Shown: one piece after another, positions 35,050-47,581 of the stretch | Layout of the letters: every line of letters begins with the position of its first letter | How positions within the stretch are numbered: position 1 is the stretch's first letter | Source of the DNA: Chiloscyllium plagiosum | Lineage: Eukaryota | NCBI RefSeq assembly: GCF_004010195.1 | Contig: NC_057752.1 | Location: 4,649,201 to 4,706,136 of the forward strand | Direction of reading: 5' to 3' | Length of the DNA stretch: 56,936 bases | Position numbers and translations under genes: made by a program | The notes under the pieces: model-generated | The model's database searches: none | Told to the model about the DNA's origin: nothing | The model's input: only the letters and a program-made list of their open reading frames with translations

Positions 35050-35600
35050 TGGTGTTCCAGCTCAGTGAGTAAGCAGTCTTATCTCTTGAGTCATAATGTT
35101 TTAGGTCTAAGTCATGAAAACTCAGCTGACACTCCCAGTGTGTATCATCGAGGGAGTGTTGCACTGTTGGAGATGCTGTTTTTTCAGTTGAGACATTAAA
35201 CTGAGGCCCATCTGCCCCCTCAGGTGGATGTAAATATTCTCACGGCACTGTTTTGAAAATGAGCATGGGAATTCTGAAGAAGAGTTATGCCAGACTTGAA
35301 ATGTTCACTCTGTTTCTCTCTCCACAGATGCTGCCAGACCTGCTGAGTTTCTCCATCGTTCTGTGTTTGTTTCAGATTACCAGCATCCGCAGAATTCTGC
35401 CTTGATTCGAGTTCTCTCGATGAGCTGGTCAATATTTATCCCTCAGTTAATATCAGGAAAACAATTGATCTGGTCATTATCACAGTGGTATTTGTGGAAG
35501 CTTGCTGTGTGCCTGTTGGCTATTGTGTTTCTGACACTACAGCACTAATACACTTTCAAATGTATTTAATTAATTGTAAAGTGCTTTGGGATGCCTAGTG
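35050..35600 (+). mobile_element. Deu-domain SINE interrupted by a PLE pLTR fragment (35271-35405); other copies 36770-37100, 42600-42990, 44310-44425, 50460-50800(-)
   Basis: gctgacactcccagtg..gagggagtgttgcactgttggagatgctg..gagacattaaactgaggccc..caggtggatgtaaa..caatatttatccctca. Confidence 0.75.
35274..35305 (+). ncRNA. Hammerhead motif, partly decayed (second PLE family)
   Basis: CTGAAGA-A-GAGTT-ATGCCA-GACTT-GAAA-TG-TT. Sibling remnants at 39061-39095(+) and ~23832-23863(-). Confidence 0.55.
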
Positions 35601-37757
35601 TTTGTGTTTAAAGGTAAAGTTGACATAGTCCCACTCTCTCGTTAGAGAGAGAGAGAGATGGCTGGTGGTGGTTTAACCTGAGGGGCATCATACCTCGGAT
35701 GGGGTTGATGTTGAGAAGGAGAGTCCATCAAGGTAACCTCAGTCAGTGCAGGAATTAAACACGTGCTGTTGTATCACCCTGCATCACAAACCAGCCATCC
35801 AGCCAACTGAGCTAACCAAACCCCAGTGTTTGTGATAAGCGCTTATATAAATGCAAGTCTTCTCTTTTGACTAAGCTTTAACTTGCTGATCCTAATATCT
35901 CCTTATTATCGCTAAAGCGGATATTATTTGGTGGCGTTTCCGTGAAGCACATTGGAGATGCTGTGCTGTATTACAGTGCTTTATATCTGCAAGAGTTGTT
36001 ACAAACTTGGAATTGCTCTGAATTTGCTTGAGTTTAAAATGCACCCTGATCACATTGCAATTCTGAGCACTGGCACGAGTTTATGTTTTCATTCACAGAG
36101 TATATGTTCCCAATGCAGGAGATTGGCATTGCCATTAAATGTGGCCACCATGATCCATCCACAATGGCACAGCTGCATCAGTGATGTCACACCTTTCACC
36201 AAATTCGTAAATTATTGCTTGTTAGAAAGAAATTCTTCAGACTGTTCTTAAAACGTTGAATTTACTTATTGCTCTATGCAAGCACTGATGAAGCTTTAAA
36301 TTCGCAACTGTGTTTTCTCATTTGTTTCCTACAATAAGGAGAAGGAAGGACGTGGTTAGATGATGTGAATCGTAGAATCCTTGCAGTGTGGGAGCAGGCC
36401 ATTCAGCCCACTGAATCCACACTGACCCTCTGAAGAACATCCCACCCAGACCCACCCCCTACCCTATCCCCATAACCTTGCATTTCCCATGGCCAATCCA
36501 CCCTAACCTGCACATCTTTGGACTGTCAGAGAAAACTGGAGCATCCAGAGGAAACCCACGCAGACACGGGGAGAATGTACACAGTTGCCCGAGGCTGGAA
36601 TCGAACCCGGGTCTCTGGTGCTGTGAGGCAGGTGGTGAAATGTCAGCATTAAGTTGTGGAAATAGTGTGAAGATGTTACTGATATCTTCAAATAATCACT
36701 CAATGTCACTCCACTTTTGCACATTCTGGGTTCAGTGCTCTGCCAAATGCTGGTGTCAGCCACCAATGCGACCTTTCATTTATCCATTCATTAGATGTAA
36801 GCCTTGGGTGTGAGTCCCAGTCCAGGAGCTGAGCCCAAATATCTCAGCTGACACTCCAGTGCAGTATGGAGGGAGGCTGCACTATTGGAGGGACCCATCT
36901 TTTGGATCGGGCATCAAATTGAATGCCCTCTCAGGTGAATGAATCCCTACCAGAGGACTTAACCCTTGTGTCCTTAATATCGTCAATATTTATCTTTCAA
37001 TCAACATCATTGAAATAGATTGCCTGCTCATTATCATAATGGAGCTAACTCTATGCAAATTGACAGCCATGTTTCCGACATCGCAACAGTGATTGCAGAT
37101 CTTGATGTTCTGCTTGTCCTACCAATCGAAGTAAGCTCCTGGATTATTTAAGGAATTATCCATATCCAACAGTTGCAGCAGTATTAGAAGAATGGCAATA
37201 TCGTGGTTACATTATTGCGCTGGTAACTCAGACAGTACGAGTTCAAATTACTACAAGGAGTTTTCAACTCGGTTTAAAAACAAATCTGAAAATACTGAGA
37301 TCAGTCAAAGTGATAATGAACCTGTTGGATTGTCATTATCACTCAAGTGGTTCAATGATTTTGATTAAGTTGAAGGAAATCTAGTGCCCTTACCCCGCCT
37401 GGCCTTATATGCGTGTCAAGTACCACAGAAAGACTGTAGAATCATAGAATCCTTACAGTGCAGAAAGAGGGCTTTCAGCCCATTGAGTCTGTACTGACCC
37501 ACCCAGTCCCAGCTCCCTACCCTATCCCTATAACCTCGTATTTACCATGGGAAATCCACCTAGCCTGCACATCTCTAGTCACTATGGACAATTTAGGATG
37601 GCCAATTTGCCTAAGATAGTTGATCTTGAATGTCCTTGAAATGGCTTCGCAAGTCAGTCAGTTGCATCTTGCTGTTACAATGCAGCAGTTCAGTAAGGAG
37701 CTGTTTTCACTGTTTTCTCCGGGCAACTTGGGATGGATATAAAGAGTGATGCCCACA

Positions 37758-38076
37758 TAGATTGGATTACTTACAGTGTGGAAACAGGCCCTTCGGCCCA
37801 ACAAGTCCACGCCAATCCGCCGAAGCGTGACCCACCCAGACCCATTCCCCTACATTTACCCCTTCACCTAACGCTACAGTAAATTTGGCATGGCCAATTC
37901 ACCTAACCTGCACAGTTTTTGGATTGTAGGAGGAAACCGGAGCACCCGGAGGAAACCCACGCAGACACGGGGAGAATGTGCAAACTCCACACAGACAGTC
38001 GCCTGAAGTGGGAATTGAACCCGGGTCTCTGGCGCTGTGAGGCAGCAGTGCTAACCACTGTGCCACCGTGCTGCCC
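37758..38076 (-). mobile_element. Full-length HE1-type SINE inserted in the tail of an old SINE B (37190-37757)
   Basis: Ends gctaaccactgtgccaccgtgctgcc; B box gggaattgaaccc. Confidence 0.9.
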
Positions 38077-39169
38077 ATCTTGAGGATGAACATATAGAAA
38101 ATGTGGAGCTTTCAATAAATTTAACGCTGACTGTATGTCAAGTCTTACAAATATTTGGGGAAACTTTCACGCACTTCACAAAAAGGGACCAATGAACATA
38201 AGTACAGACTTACAAACAACCCTGTCTCCCAGTTACAGTAATATGACTATTGAATTTCATCTAGGCACCTTGAAGCCTAGCCAATGCATTGTAAATCAAG
38301 AGATCAGCAACATACAAGCTGCTTTTGATCAAGGTGCGTGCTGCAATTTTACACTGCTGTTTACTTTATGGGGCTAACATTAATCATTTTCCACTTTCCA
38401 CCCCTCCCTACCCCATTGTGTACCATCAAGCAATTTCACTGAGCATTCAGAGGCCATCAGTAACCTGTCTATCATGGTACAATGGGGTAGTAAACTTCAT
38501 CATAACACATCATTGGTGCAAATTGAGAAGCATTTTTGTGTGCAGACTGACTGGTTAATTTTTAATCACTTCCCCAATGACTAACCACAGCTTAAATATT
38601 ATGCAGCTAGAAAATGCCATCTCTTGCCAAGTCACACATGACAAAACATTAATTTAAGTCTACTCCTTTTAAGTACTGATTTACTTCAAACCATTTAAAT
38701 CATCATGAAAAGTAAACACACAGAAGTCATTAAATAAAGCCCTAATCTCCAAAAAAGTGGTTCTTTTGGGTGGTTCAGCAAATCAAACCTGTTACCTTTC
38801 CACCCTGGAGTATGTAGCACCTTTTACTGGCTGGTGTTCAATTCGTTGTTTGCCACTTTCTCCATTTTCTTCAACTTTACTGAAAATTAGCCTTTATGAA
38901 CTGGAAGATAAGGAATGAGAGATCCTGTTATTCAGTGCCTAAATTGGTTTTCTCCCCAAAATATTATGTGCTTCCTCTGCAAATAATGCGAACAGCCAAA
39001 GTATGGGTGTCATCTATCTTCATGGGTTGAAACAGCTGCAGTGCATATATTTGGTCCGTTCTGAAGAAGTGTCATACTAGACTCAAAATGTTAACTCTGT
39101 TTGTCTCTCCACAGTCGCTGCCAGGCAATGCTCTGTGTACCGTACATGGTCTTTCTGACTACAAAGAAC

Positions 39170-39353
39170 AGTGGTGCAGGCTGGTACAATTGCAACATTT
39201 AAAAGGCATCTGGATGTATATATGAATAGGAAAGGTTTGGAGGGATATAGGCCAGGTGCTGGCAAATGGGACGAGATTAATTTAAGATATCTAGTCGGCA
39301 TGGACAAGTTGGACCGAAGGGTTGGTTCCGTGCTGTACATTGCTATGACTCTA
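39170..39353 (+). mobile_element. HER1-like CR1 extreme 3' end
   Basis: VQAGTIATFKRHLDVYMNRKGLEGY; tail ctatgactctat. Confidence 0.85.
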
Positions 39354-39768
39354 TAACCACCATGCAACTTGATGCTGAGATATGGTGCATCAAAGCCATC
39401 CTGTGGTGACCCAAATCAGATAATTTCTTGCTATATATTATACAAATTCATAAATAGCCCGAAGGCTGTCAGTTTAATCTTGAAACGTGTCCAATCGACC
39501 TTGGATTAAGGTAAGCGGCCTCAGAAGTGTGAGCAATAAGTGAAGCTTGCTGTCTCGTGCTTTTGTGAAGTAGTCGCAACGTGAGTGGTTTTCTCTAATG
39601 ATGGGTATTACTGTCAAACCAACAAGATCATTTGCCGATCACACAAATGAGAAATATGGTATATGAATTTCAGTGCCGGTGTGATGTAGGCTATACATCC
39701 CAAAGACTGGCGGGTCACATCCTAAACAGCATGTCCTTTTGGCTGTTCACCACAGGCAATGTTCTGAC

Positions 39769-41274
39769 GATGGCAGAGTGGGAACTGCAGAGGCTGGAGA
39801 TTAGAGTGGTAGTGGAAAAGCACAGCATCTGAGGAGCAGGAAAATCGACGTTTCGGGCAAAAGCCCTTCATCAGGAATGAGGCAGGGAGCCTCAGGAGTG
39901 GAGAGATAAATGGGAGGGGAGTGGGGCTGGGGGGAAGGTAGCNNNNNNNNNNNNNNNNNNNNNNNNNNNNNNNNNNNNNNNNNNNNNNNNNNNNNNNNNN
40001 NNNNNNNNNNNNNNNNNNNNNNNNNNNNNNNNNNNNNNNNNNNNNNNNNNNNNNNNNNNNNNNNNNNNNNNNNNNNNNNNNNNNNNNNNNNNNNNNNNNN
40101 NNNNNNNNNNNNNNNNNNNNNNNNNNNNNNNNNNNNNNNNNNNNNNNNNNNNNNNNNNNNNNNNNNNNNNNNNNNNNNNNNNNNNNNNNNNNNNNNNNNN
40201 NNNNNNNNNNNNNNNNNNNNNNNNNNNNNNNNNNNNNNNNNNNNNNNNNNNNNNNNNNNNNNNNNNNNNNNNNNNNNNNNNNNNNNNNNNNNNNNNNNNN
40301 NNNNNNNNNNNNNNNNNNNNNNNNNNNNNNNNNNNNNNNNNNNNNNNNNNNNNNNNNNNNNNNNNNNNNNNNNNNNNNNNNNNNNNNNNNNNNNNNNNNN
40401 NNNNNNNNNNNNNNNNNNNNNNNNNNNNNNNNNNNNNNNNNNNNNNNNNNNNNNNNNNNNNNNNNNNNNNNNNNNNNNNNNNNNNNNNNNNNNNNNNNNN
40501 NNNNNNNNNNNNNNNNNNNNNNNNNNNNNNNNNNNNNAGCCTCTCCCTATAGCTCAAACCCTCAAACCCTGGCAACATCCTTGTAAATCTTTTCTGAACC
40601 CTTTCAAATTTCACAACATCTTTCCGATAGGAAGGAGACCAGAATTGCACGCAATATTCCAACAGTGGCCTAACCAATGTCCTGTACAGCCACAACATGA
40701 CCTCCCAACTCCTGTACTCAATACTCTGACCAATAAAGGAAAGCATACCAAACACCTTCTTCACTATCCTATCCACCTGCGACTCCACTTTCAAGGAGCT
40801 ATGAACCTGCACTCTAAGGTCTCTTTGTTCAGCAACACTCCCTAGGACCTTACCATTAAGTGTATAGGTCCCGCTAAGATTTGCTTTTCCAAAATGCAGC
40901 ACCTCGCATTTATCTGAATTAAACTCCATCTGCCACTTCTCAGCCCACTGAGGCGTGGACTTGACCAGGTAGATCACGGAGGGAACGGTCTTTGCAGAAA
41001 GCGGATAGGGGTGGGGAGGACAATATATTCATGGTGGTGGGGTCCATTTGGAGGTGGCAGAAATATCAGCAAATGATGCGATTTATGCGGAGGTTGGTGG
41101 GGTGGAAGGTGAGGACGGGGGGGGGGGGGGGGGGGGTTCTGTCCTTGTTGCGGTTGAAGGGGTGGGGTTCGAGGACTGAGGTGCTGAAAGTGGATGAGAT
41201 GCGCTGGAGGGATCCTCAACCATGTAGGAGAGGAAATTATGGTCTTTAAAGAAGGAGGCCATCTGGTGTATTCA
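39769..41274 (-). mobile_element. Neptune-type PLE insertion (pLTR 39775-39942, coding fragment 40950-41270) containing a gap and a CR1 fragment (40538-40948, minus)
   Basis: The pLTR belongs to the same family as 24797-25044. Candidate TSD CAATGTTCTGAC (39757-39768) / CAATGGTCTGAC (41275-41286). Confidence 0.6.
39847..39874 (-). ncRNA. Minimal type-I hammerhead ribozyme, core intact
   Basis: Minus strand CTGATGA-A-GGGC-TTTT-GCCC-GAAA-CG-TC. Confidence 0.8.
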
Positions 41275-41385
41275 CAATGGTCTGACTGTACCTGACCAAC
41301 TTGAGCTTCCAAAACTTGCAACATCGTGTCCAATGTTCAATCTGATTGTGCAATTGGGCAACATTTGCTGGGTATCCTGACTGTG

Positions 41386-41676
41386 TGGCACGGTGGCTCG
41401 TGCCACTGTTAGTGCACAGTGCCAGGGTCCCAGGTTCAATTCCCACCTCAGGCGACTGACTGTGTGGAGTTTGCACATTCTCCCCATGTCCGCGTGGGTT
41501 TCCTCCCACAGTCTAAAAATGTGCAGGTTAGGTGAATTGGCCATGCTAAATTGCCCGTAGTGTTAGGTGAAGTGGTAAATGTAGGGGAATGGGTCTGGGT
41601 GGGTTACACTTCGGCAGGTCGGTGTGGACTTGTTGGGCCGAAGGGCCTGTTTCCACACTGTAAGTAATCTAATCTA
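41386..41676 (+). mobile_element. HE1-type SINE
   Basis: ggcacggtggctc..caggttcaattccc..V-domain..gtaagtaatctaatcta. Confidence 0.9.
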
Positions 41677-43002
41677 AACTGACACCCAATTTAAGATTGT
41701 CAGTCAGGACTGTGGCACACTTGTGTGTACTGGATTTTGCGTATATTAATTGACAGGATTCTGCATTTTGCAGATACAAAAACAACATGTACAAGCATTA
41801 CACCTGTTTCAACTCAACAAAACCAGTGACAGCCATTTGCCAGTTTATTTCTCAGGGCAATGCCCTGATTAGTCAGTCAACCAACTTGATAAAATTTAAA
41901 CAAAGCCAGGCAGTTAATTGTAAATCATCATTAATTGGTGCTTTGTCCATGGCAATGCCTCTACTAATCAGAGTACAGCTGTCAGCCAATCAACTCTCTC
42001 CTTTCATGCAGTATAAATATTGTTTTTTTCCTCTTAAACTAGTTTTTCGTGTGAATTGTCCTGATAAGTGCATAACAAAACACTTGTACCTTTTTTCAGC
42101 AATGCCTTTCAGGTTCTGTGCTAAAAACCTGCCTGTTGAGGGTTAGCAATGTTGTGATTGAAATGTTCACTTCAATAGGGTTGTGGTTGAGGTTCAGGGA
42201 AGCCTGTTTTTTTCTCTGATGGTAACGTTCTGGGCACATGCTCAATTAATGCATCACTGAACTGCTTGATGATGCCCTAATGGAGGTGTTTCTCCGCTGA
42301 GGTACTGCGTTATGCAAACTGGATATCACCACTCAGTGGAACGAGGACCTGACCCATGCAACTCAAAACAATGGAATGTAAGGTTTGGGTGAGGTTGATG
42401 TGAATGGTTGAACAGTTTCCTGGCCAGCAACACCTTCAGCTATTCCCCCTAATTTCCTTCCTGGCTGCACAGGTCTCTGAGGCCTGTGTGCGTGACAACT
42501 TCCAGAACTGGGAGTCAGTGCTGCCATTGGTGGGCTGACACCAATTTCTATATGGAGCAGCTGTGTATGCTCACAGCCATACAGCTTAGACGGAGACTTG
42601 GTGTCTGTTGTAGCTCATTTAGTTGCACTCTGGCCTCTGAGTCCAGAGATTTGAGCATCTAATTCCAGGCTAACACTCTTGGTGCTGCGTTATCTGAGAT
42701 GCTGAGATGTAAAAACAGGTCCTTCTCATCTGCCTTCGGAATCAAAAGACCCTTCAATATTTTTTCAAAGGAAAGGGGGGTTCTCTCTGGTTCCCTGGGC
42801 CAAACCTAATCCTTCATACAACATCTGAAGAACAGATGATCTCATTGTTGTTTGTAGGAGCATGCTGTGTGCAAATTGGCTGCTGCCTTTGCTACATTAC
42901 AGTGCAGTTACGCTTCAATAATAATTCACTGCAAAGGGCTTTCGCACATCCTGAGTTTGTGAAAGGTGCTGTAACAAAGCAAGCATTTTCACTTTTATGA
43001 TG

Positions 43003-43500
43003 TGTCATAGAGTCATAGAGCTGTACAGCACAGAAACAGACCCTTCAGTCCAACTCGTCCATGCTGACCAGATATCCTAAATTAATCTAGTTCCATTTGC
43101 CAGCACTTGGCCCACATCCCTCTAAGCCCTTCCTATTCATATACCCATCCAGATGCCTTTTAAATGTTGCAATTGTACCAGCCTCCACCACTTCCTCTGG
43201 TAGCTCATTCCATACACATACCACCCTCTGCGTGAAAAGGTTGCCCCTTAGGTCCCTTTTATATCTATCCCCTCTCACCTTAAACCTATGCCCTCTAGTT
43301 CTGGATTCCCCCACCCTAGGAAAAAGACCTGTCAATTTATCCTATCCATGTCCCTCATGATTTTATAAACCTCCTCATGATTTTATAAACCTCATTAAGG
43401 TCACTCCTCAGCCTCCGACGCTCCAGGGAAAACAGCCCCAGCCTGTTCAGCCTCTAACCCTGGCAACATCCTTGTCAATCTTTCCTGAACCCTTTCAAGT
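43003..43500 (-). mobile_element. HER1-like CR1 3' end
   Basis: GESRTRGHRFKVRGDRYKRDLRGNLFTQRVVCVWNELPEEVV; (catagagt)n tail. Confidence 0.9.
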
Positions 43501-44809
43501 TCCTGTTCCATGAGGCAGTGAATTCAGTTAGAAACAGCAGGATAAAAATACTGCATATTTCTATTTCCTGTCATTAATCATCTAAAGAGTCACTGCCTTC
43601 ACCAGACTTTGGCCTTGTATAACAGATACAAAAGCAGGAGGGGATGTTCAACATTCAGCTCTGCTCAACTGTCACTAGTCTGGTGTTTCTGAGCCATTTC
43701 AACTGCGTGCCTCCAGTTACTTTCATAAAACTGCCCATAGGAAGCAACAAGTTGAAGCAGATATTGGCTTTGCGTCTGGACAGACACCTTTGTGTCATCC
43801 CCATTATGAAGACCATCAATCTTTGGCTTAGGAGGAGCAAGAAATGACAGTGCATGACTGGAATCCACAGTCTGGTCCCTCTCGGGTCATTCTTGTTGAT
43901 TGTCTTTTATTCCACCCCTTGATCAGGCAGCAAATTGCTGGTCGCCTTTATTATTTGGGAGAGAAATGGCAGATACGCAATAAGTGGCAGAAACTCTCCA
44001 AGTTCATTGCTGTGGTCATAAGAGTACAAAGGAATGTTTCATGTGCTAAGCCAAGAAGCATTTTTAGAATGGCAGATTGTTTACAGAGTACAACAATAAA
44101 TTAAGATCCTGTGTGGTACCGACTGGCAATTGTGACATAGTTCATGGAGCTTTTTATTGTGAATTATAATCACCAGTAACACTCATCAGTGAAGGCCTCT
44201 GGATTTAACTTGTCTCAAGAACTGGTCAGTGTTAAGTTTTAGAAATTTATGAGCTTAGGAATTATTTTTCGCATTGTCATTTAACCATGTTGCGCTCAAA
44301 ACGTTTGTTATGGTCCCTACATCATAACAGTGACCGCACTTCAGAAGTATTTCATTGGCTGTAAAGTGCACTGGGGCACCCCGAGGTCATGAGAGGCACT
44401 ATAGGAATGCACATTCTTTCTTTTCATGCTGCACACACTGCAAGCCGCAAGGCTGCACACTTTTGGAAAAAAATATCTCTTGATTGTAGAAAGCCAAAGG
44501 GAATGCATCGAGCTACAGGTCAGCAGTAGCAGAGTTCGGTTGCAGCTTTTTCTCAAATTTCCAGCCCAAACTCACAAACATACTGCAGTAATATTAGCAC
44601 TTAGCATGCCCTGACCAAATCACAACCAATCGAAGAGCAGTTAAATGGCCAGTTCATTTGCATTTTTTGGTACCGCTGGTTGAGGGAGGTATAATGTCTA
44701 AGTCGCAAACAAAATCAACTCTTCGCGGAACATGGTACCAAATGAATTCGTTACCCTCAGGTGTCAGATGGTTAAGTGTGGAGGAATATGTTGAATGGGT
44801 GGGATGCAG

Positions 44810-46130
44810 AAGGGTGGGAGAGGAACGACTTGGATAAGTAAAGTGATTGTACTATCGCCAAGTTTGTAGATGTCACAAAAATAGGGAGGAAGGCAAGTGG
44901 TAAGAGGACACAGTCATCTACAGAGGGATGTAGACAGGTTAAGTGAGTGAGCATAAAACTTGATACATGGGCAAATGTGAGCTTATGCACTTTGGCAAGA
45001 AGAATAAAGGAGCTGAGTATTATTTAAATGGAAAAAGACTGCAGCAAAGCTACAAAGCAAGGGTTTTGGGAGTCCCCATTCATGAATCACAGAAAATTAG
45101 CATCCAAGTTCAGTGTTCCTTATAGAATCATCACAGAATCCCTACAGTATGGAAGCAGGCCATTTGACCCACTGAGTCCACACCAACCCCCCGAAGAACA
45201 ACCCACCCAGACCCATGCCCTATCCTATCCCTGTAACCCTGCATTTCCCATGGCTCATCCACCTAGCCTACATATCCCCGGACACTGTAGATACTATGGG
45301 GCAACTTAGCACGGCCAATTCACTTAACCACTTAATCCACCCAGTGTTGGCCGATATTTCAAAGGGAATGGAGTGTAAAGGTAGGGCAGTTTCGCTAAAA
45401 CTGTACAAGGCACTAATCAGACCACAGCTGGAATACTGTGAACAGGTTTGGACTCCTTGTTGAATTAAAGATATACTGTCATTAGAAGCAGTCCAGAGAA
45501 GGTGCACTCAGCTGATCCTGGATATGGAGGGACTGTCTTATGAGGTGAGATTGAACAGCTTAGGCCTGTACTCATTGGAATTGAGAATAATGAAAGGCAA
45601 ACATATTGTAACAAACAGGATTCTGAGGCATTCTGGATCAGTGGTGCTGGAAGAGCACAGCTATTCAGGCAGCATCTGACGAGCAGCAAAATCAACGTTT
45701 CGGGCAAAAGCCCTTCATCCGGAAATTGACAGGGTCGATGTGGAAGGTTGTTTTCCTTAAAGGAGAGCTTAGGATCAAAGGGCATAATTCTGATTAAAGA
45801 ATTGTCCATTTAAGACAGCGATGAGGAGGATAAGGTTGACAAAAATAATTATTCTCGTTGGCTGATAGTACCAGTGCTATGAGACAGAGATTTAAGATTT
45901 TAAGCAAGAGTTGTAGGGGAATTTAAGGAAGAATTTATTTATGCAGTGAATGGAATGAACTGGAGACAATTGTATAAGGGTGCTGGAAACAGATTCAATC
46001 AATCATTTCAAAGTAAATTTGTTGGGCATTTGAGGTAAATAAACGTGCGGACTTTGGAGATGGAACAGAGGGGTGGGACTGACTGTATTGTCAAATACAG
46101 GCTGAATGGCCTCCTTTGGTACCGTTGTGA
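44810..46130 (+). mobile_element. Decayed CR1 fragments interrupted by an HE1 fragment and a PLE pLTR fragment (45632-45724)
   Basis: IAKFVDVTKIGRK; LKLYKALIRPQLEYCEQVWTP. The pLTR HHR on the minus strand at 45694-45721 has its core mutated to CGGATGA. Confidence 0.75.
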
Positions 46131-46175
46131 CTCGATGTTCCCTGTTTCATTACTGCTGATGTAATATTGTGAATA

Positions 46176-47581
46176 GTGTGGCGCTGGAAAAGCACAGGCT
46201 GGGGTTGAGGTAGCTGGAAAGGCGATAGTTAGATGCAGGTGCGTGGGAAGGAAGATTGTCAGTTCAAGAGGGCGGTGCCGAATTAGAGGATTGGATCTGG
46301 GATGGGATGGGTGGGAAGGAAGATGAGGAAACTGGTGAAGTTAAAGTAAATGCTGTGCAGTCGGAGGGTCCCAAGGCGGAAGATGAGGCGTTCTTCCTCC
46401 AGGTGTGAGGTGGCTTGGATTTAGCGGTGGAGTAGGCCCAGGACCTGCAGGCCCTTGGCAGAGTGGGAGGGGGAGTTGAAGTGGTCAGCCACAGGGCGGT
46501 GGGGTTATTGGGTCCGTGTGTCCCAGAGACGTTCCCCGAAATGTTCCGCGAGTTGGCGTCCTGTCTCCCCAATGTAGAGGAGACCACATCGAGAGCGGAA
46601 GAGGTCCAGGACCTGCAGGCCCTTGGCAGAGTGGGAGGGGGAGTTGAAGTGGACCTGACGAGGGAGTTGTGGAGGGAATTGACTCTGAGGAATGCTGATA
46701 GGAGTGGGGAAGGAAATATATCTCTGGTGGTCAGGGTCTGATGGTAGGTGGGGGAAATGGTCATACAGTGCATTATCCTTTGCCATTTCCACCACCTACA
46801 ATCAGATCCCCACCACCAGAGATATGTTTCCCTCCCCACCCCATCGGCAGTCCACAGAGACCATTCCCTCCGCGACTCCCTCATCAGATCCACACCCCCA
46901 ACCAACCCACCCTCCATTCCCGGAACCTTCCCTTGCTGCCGTGGGAGATGTGAAACCTGCACCCACACCTCCCCCCCTCACCTCTGTCCAAGGCCCCAAA
47001 GGATCCTTCCACATTTGGCAGTGATTTTCCTGCACATCCAAACACTTCATCTACTGTGTCCGTTGCTCTCGATGTGGTCTCCTCTACATTGGGGAGACAG
47101 GACGCCAACTCGCGGAACGTTTCAGGGAATGTCTCTGGGACACACGGACCCAACAACCCCACCGCCCTGTGGCCGACCACTTCAACTCCCCCTCCCACTC
47201 TGCCAAGGGCCTGCAGGTCCTGGACCTCTTCCACCGCTAAATCCAAGCCACCCCACACCTGGAGGAAGGACGCCTCATCTTCCACCTTGGGACTCTCCAA
47301 CCACAAGAAATCAACGTTGATTTCACCAGTTTCCTCATTTCCCATTCCCCCTCATCACAGATTCAACTCTCCGACTCGTCACTGCCCTCTTGAACTGTCC
47401 TACCTGTCCATCTTCCTTCCCACCTATCTGCTCCACCCTCCTTTCCGACCTGTCACCATCACAAGGGCTTCTGCCCGAAATGTCGATTCTCCTGCTCCTC
47501 GGATGCTGCCTGACCTGATGTGCTTTTCCAGCACCACTCTCTCGACGCTGATCTCCAGCATCTGCAGTCCTCACTTTCTCC
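46176..47581. mobile_element. 1.4-kb fold-back Neptune-type PLE with a GIY-YIG remnant in both arms and a 14-bp TSD
   Basis: Right arm: PGTFPCCRGRCETC..FSCTSKHFIYCVRCSRCGLLYIGETGRQLAERFRE..PVADHFNSPSHS. The left arm is its inverse. TAATATTGTGAATA (46162-46175) / TAATATTATGAATA (47582-47595). Confidence 0.9.

Larger units (their letters stand above)
39500..42120 (+). mobile_element. Old PLE (GIY-YIG plus pLTR) broken by nested insertions
   Basis: LPITQMRNMVYEFQCRCDVGYTSQRLAGHI resembles VY..C..Y.G.T..L..R. It resumes at ~41287 with DCAIGQHLL and continues at 41677-42120, with a decayed HHR-like cctgataagtgc..caaaa near 42060. Confidence 0.55.

Noticed and set aside
43353..43393. ~20-bp direct repeat ctcatgattttataaacctc
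   Set aside because: It is a simple local slippage duplication within a CR1 copy, with no inserted sequence.
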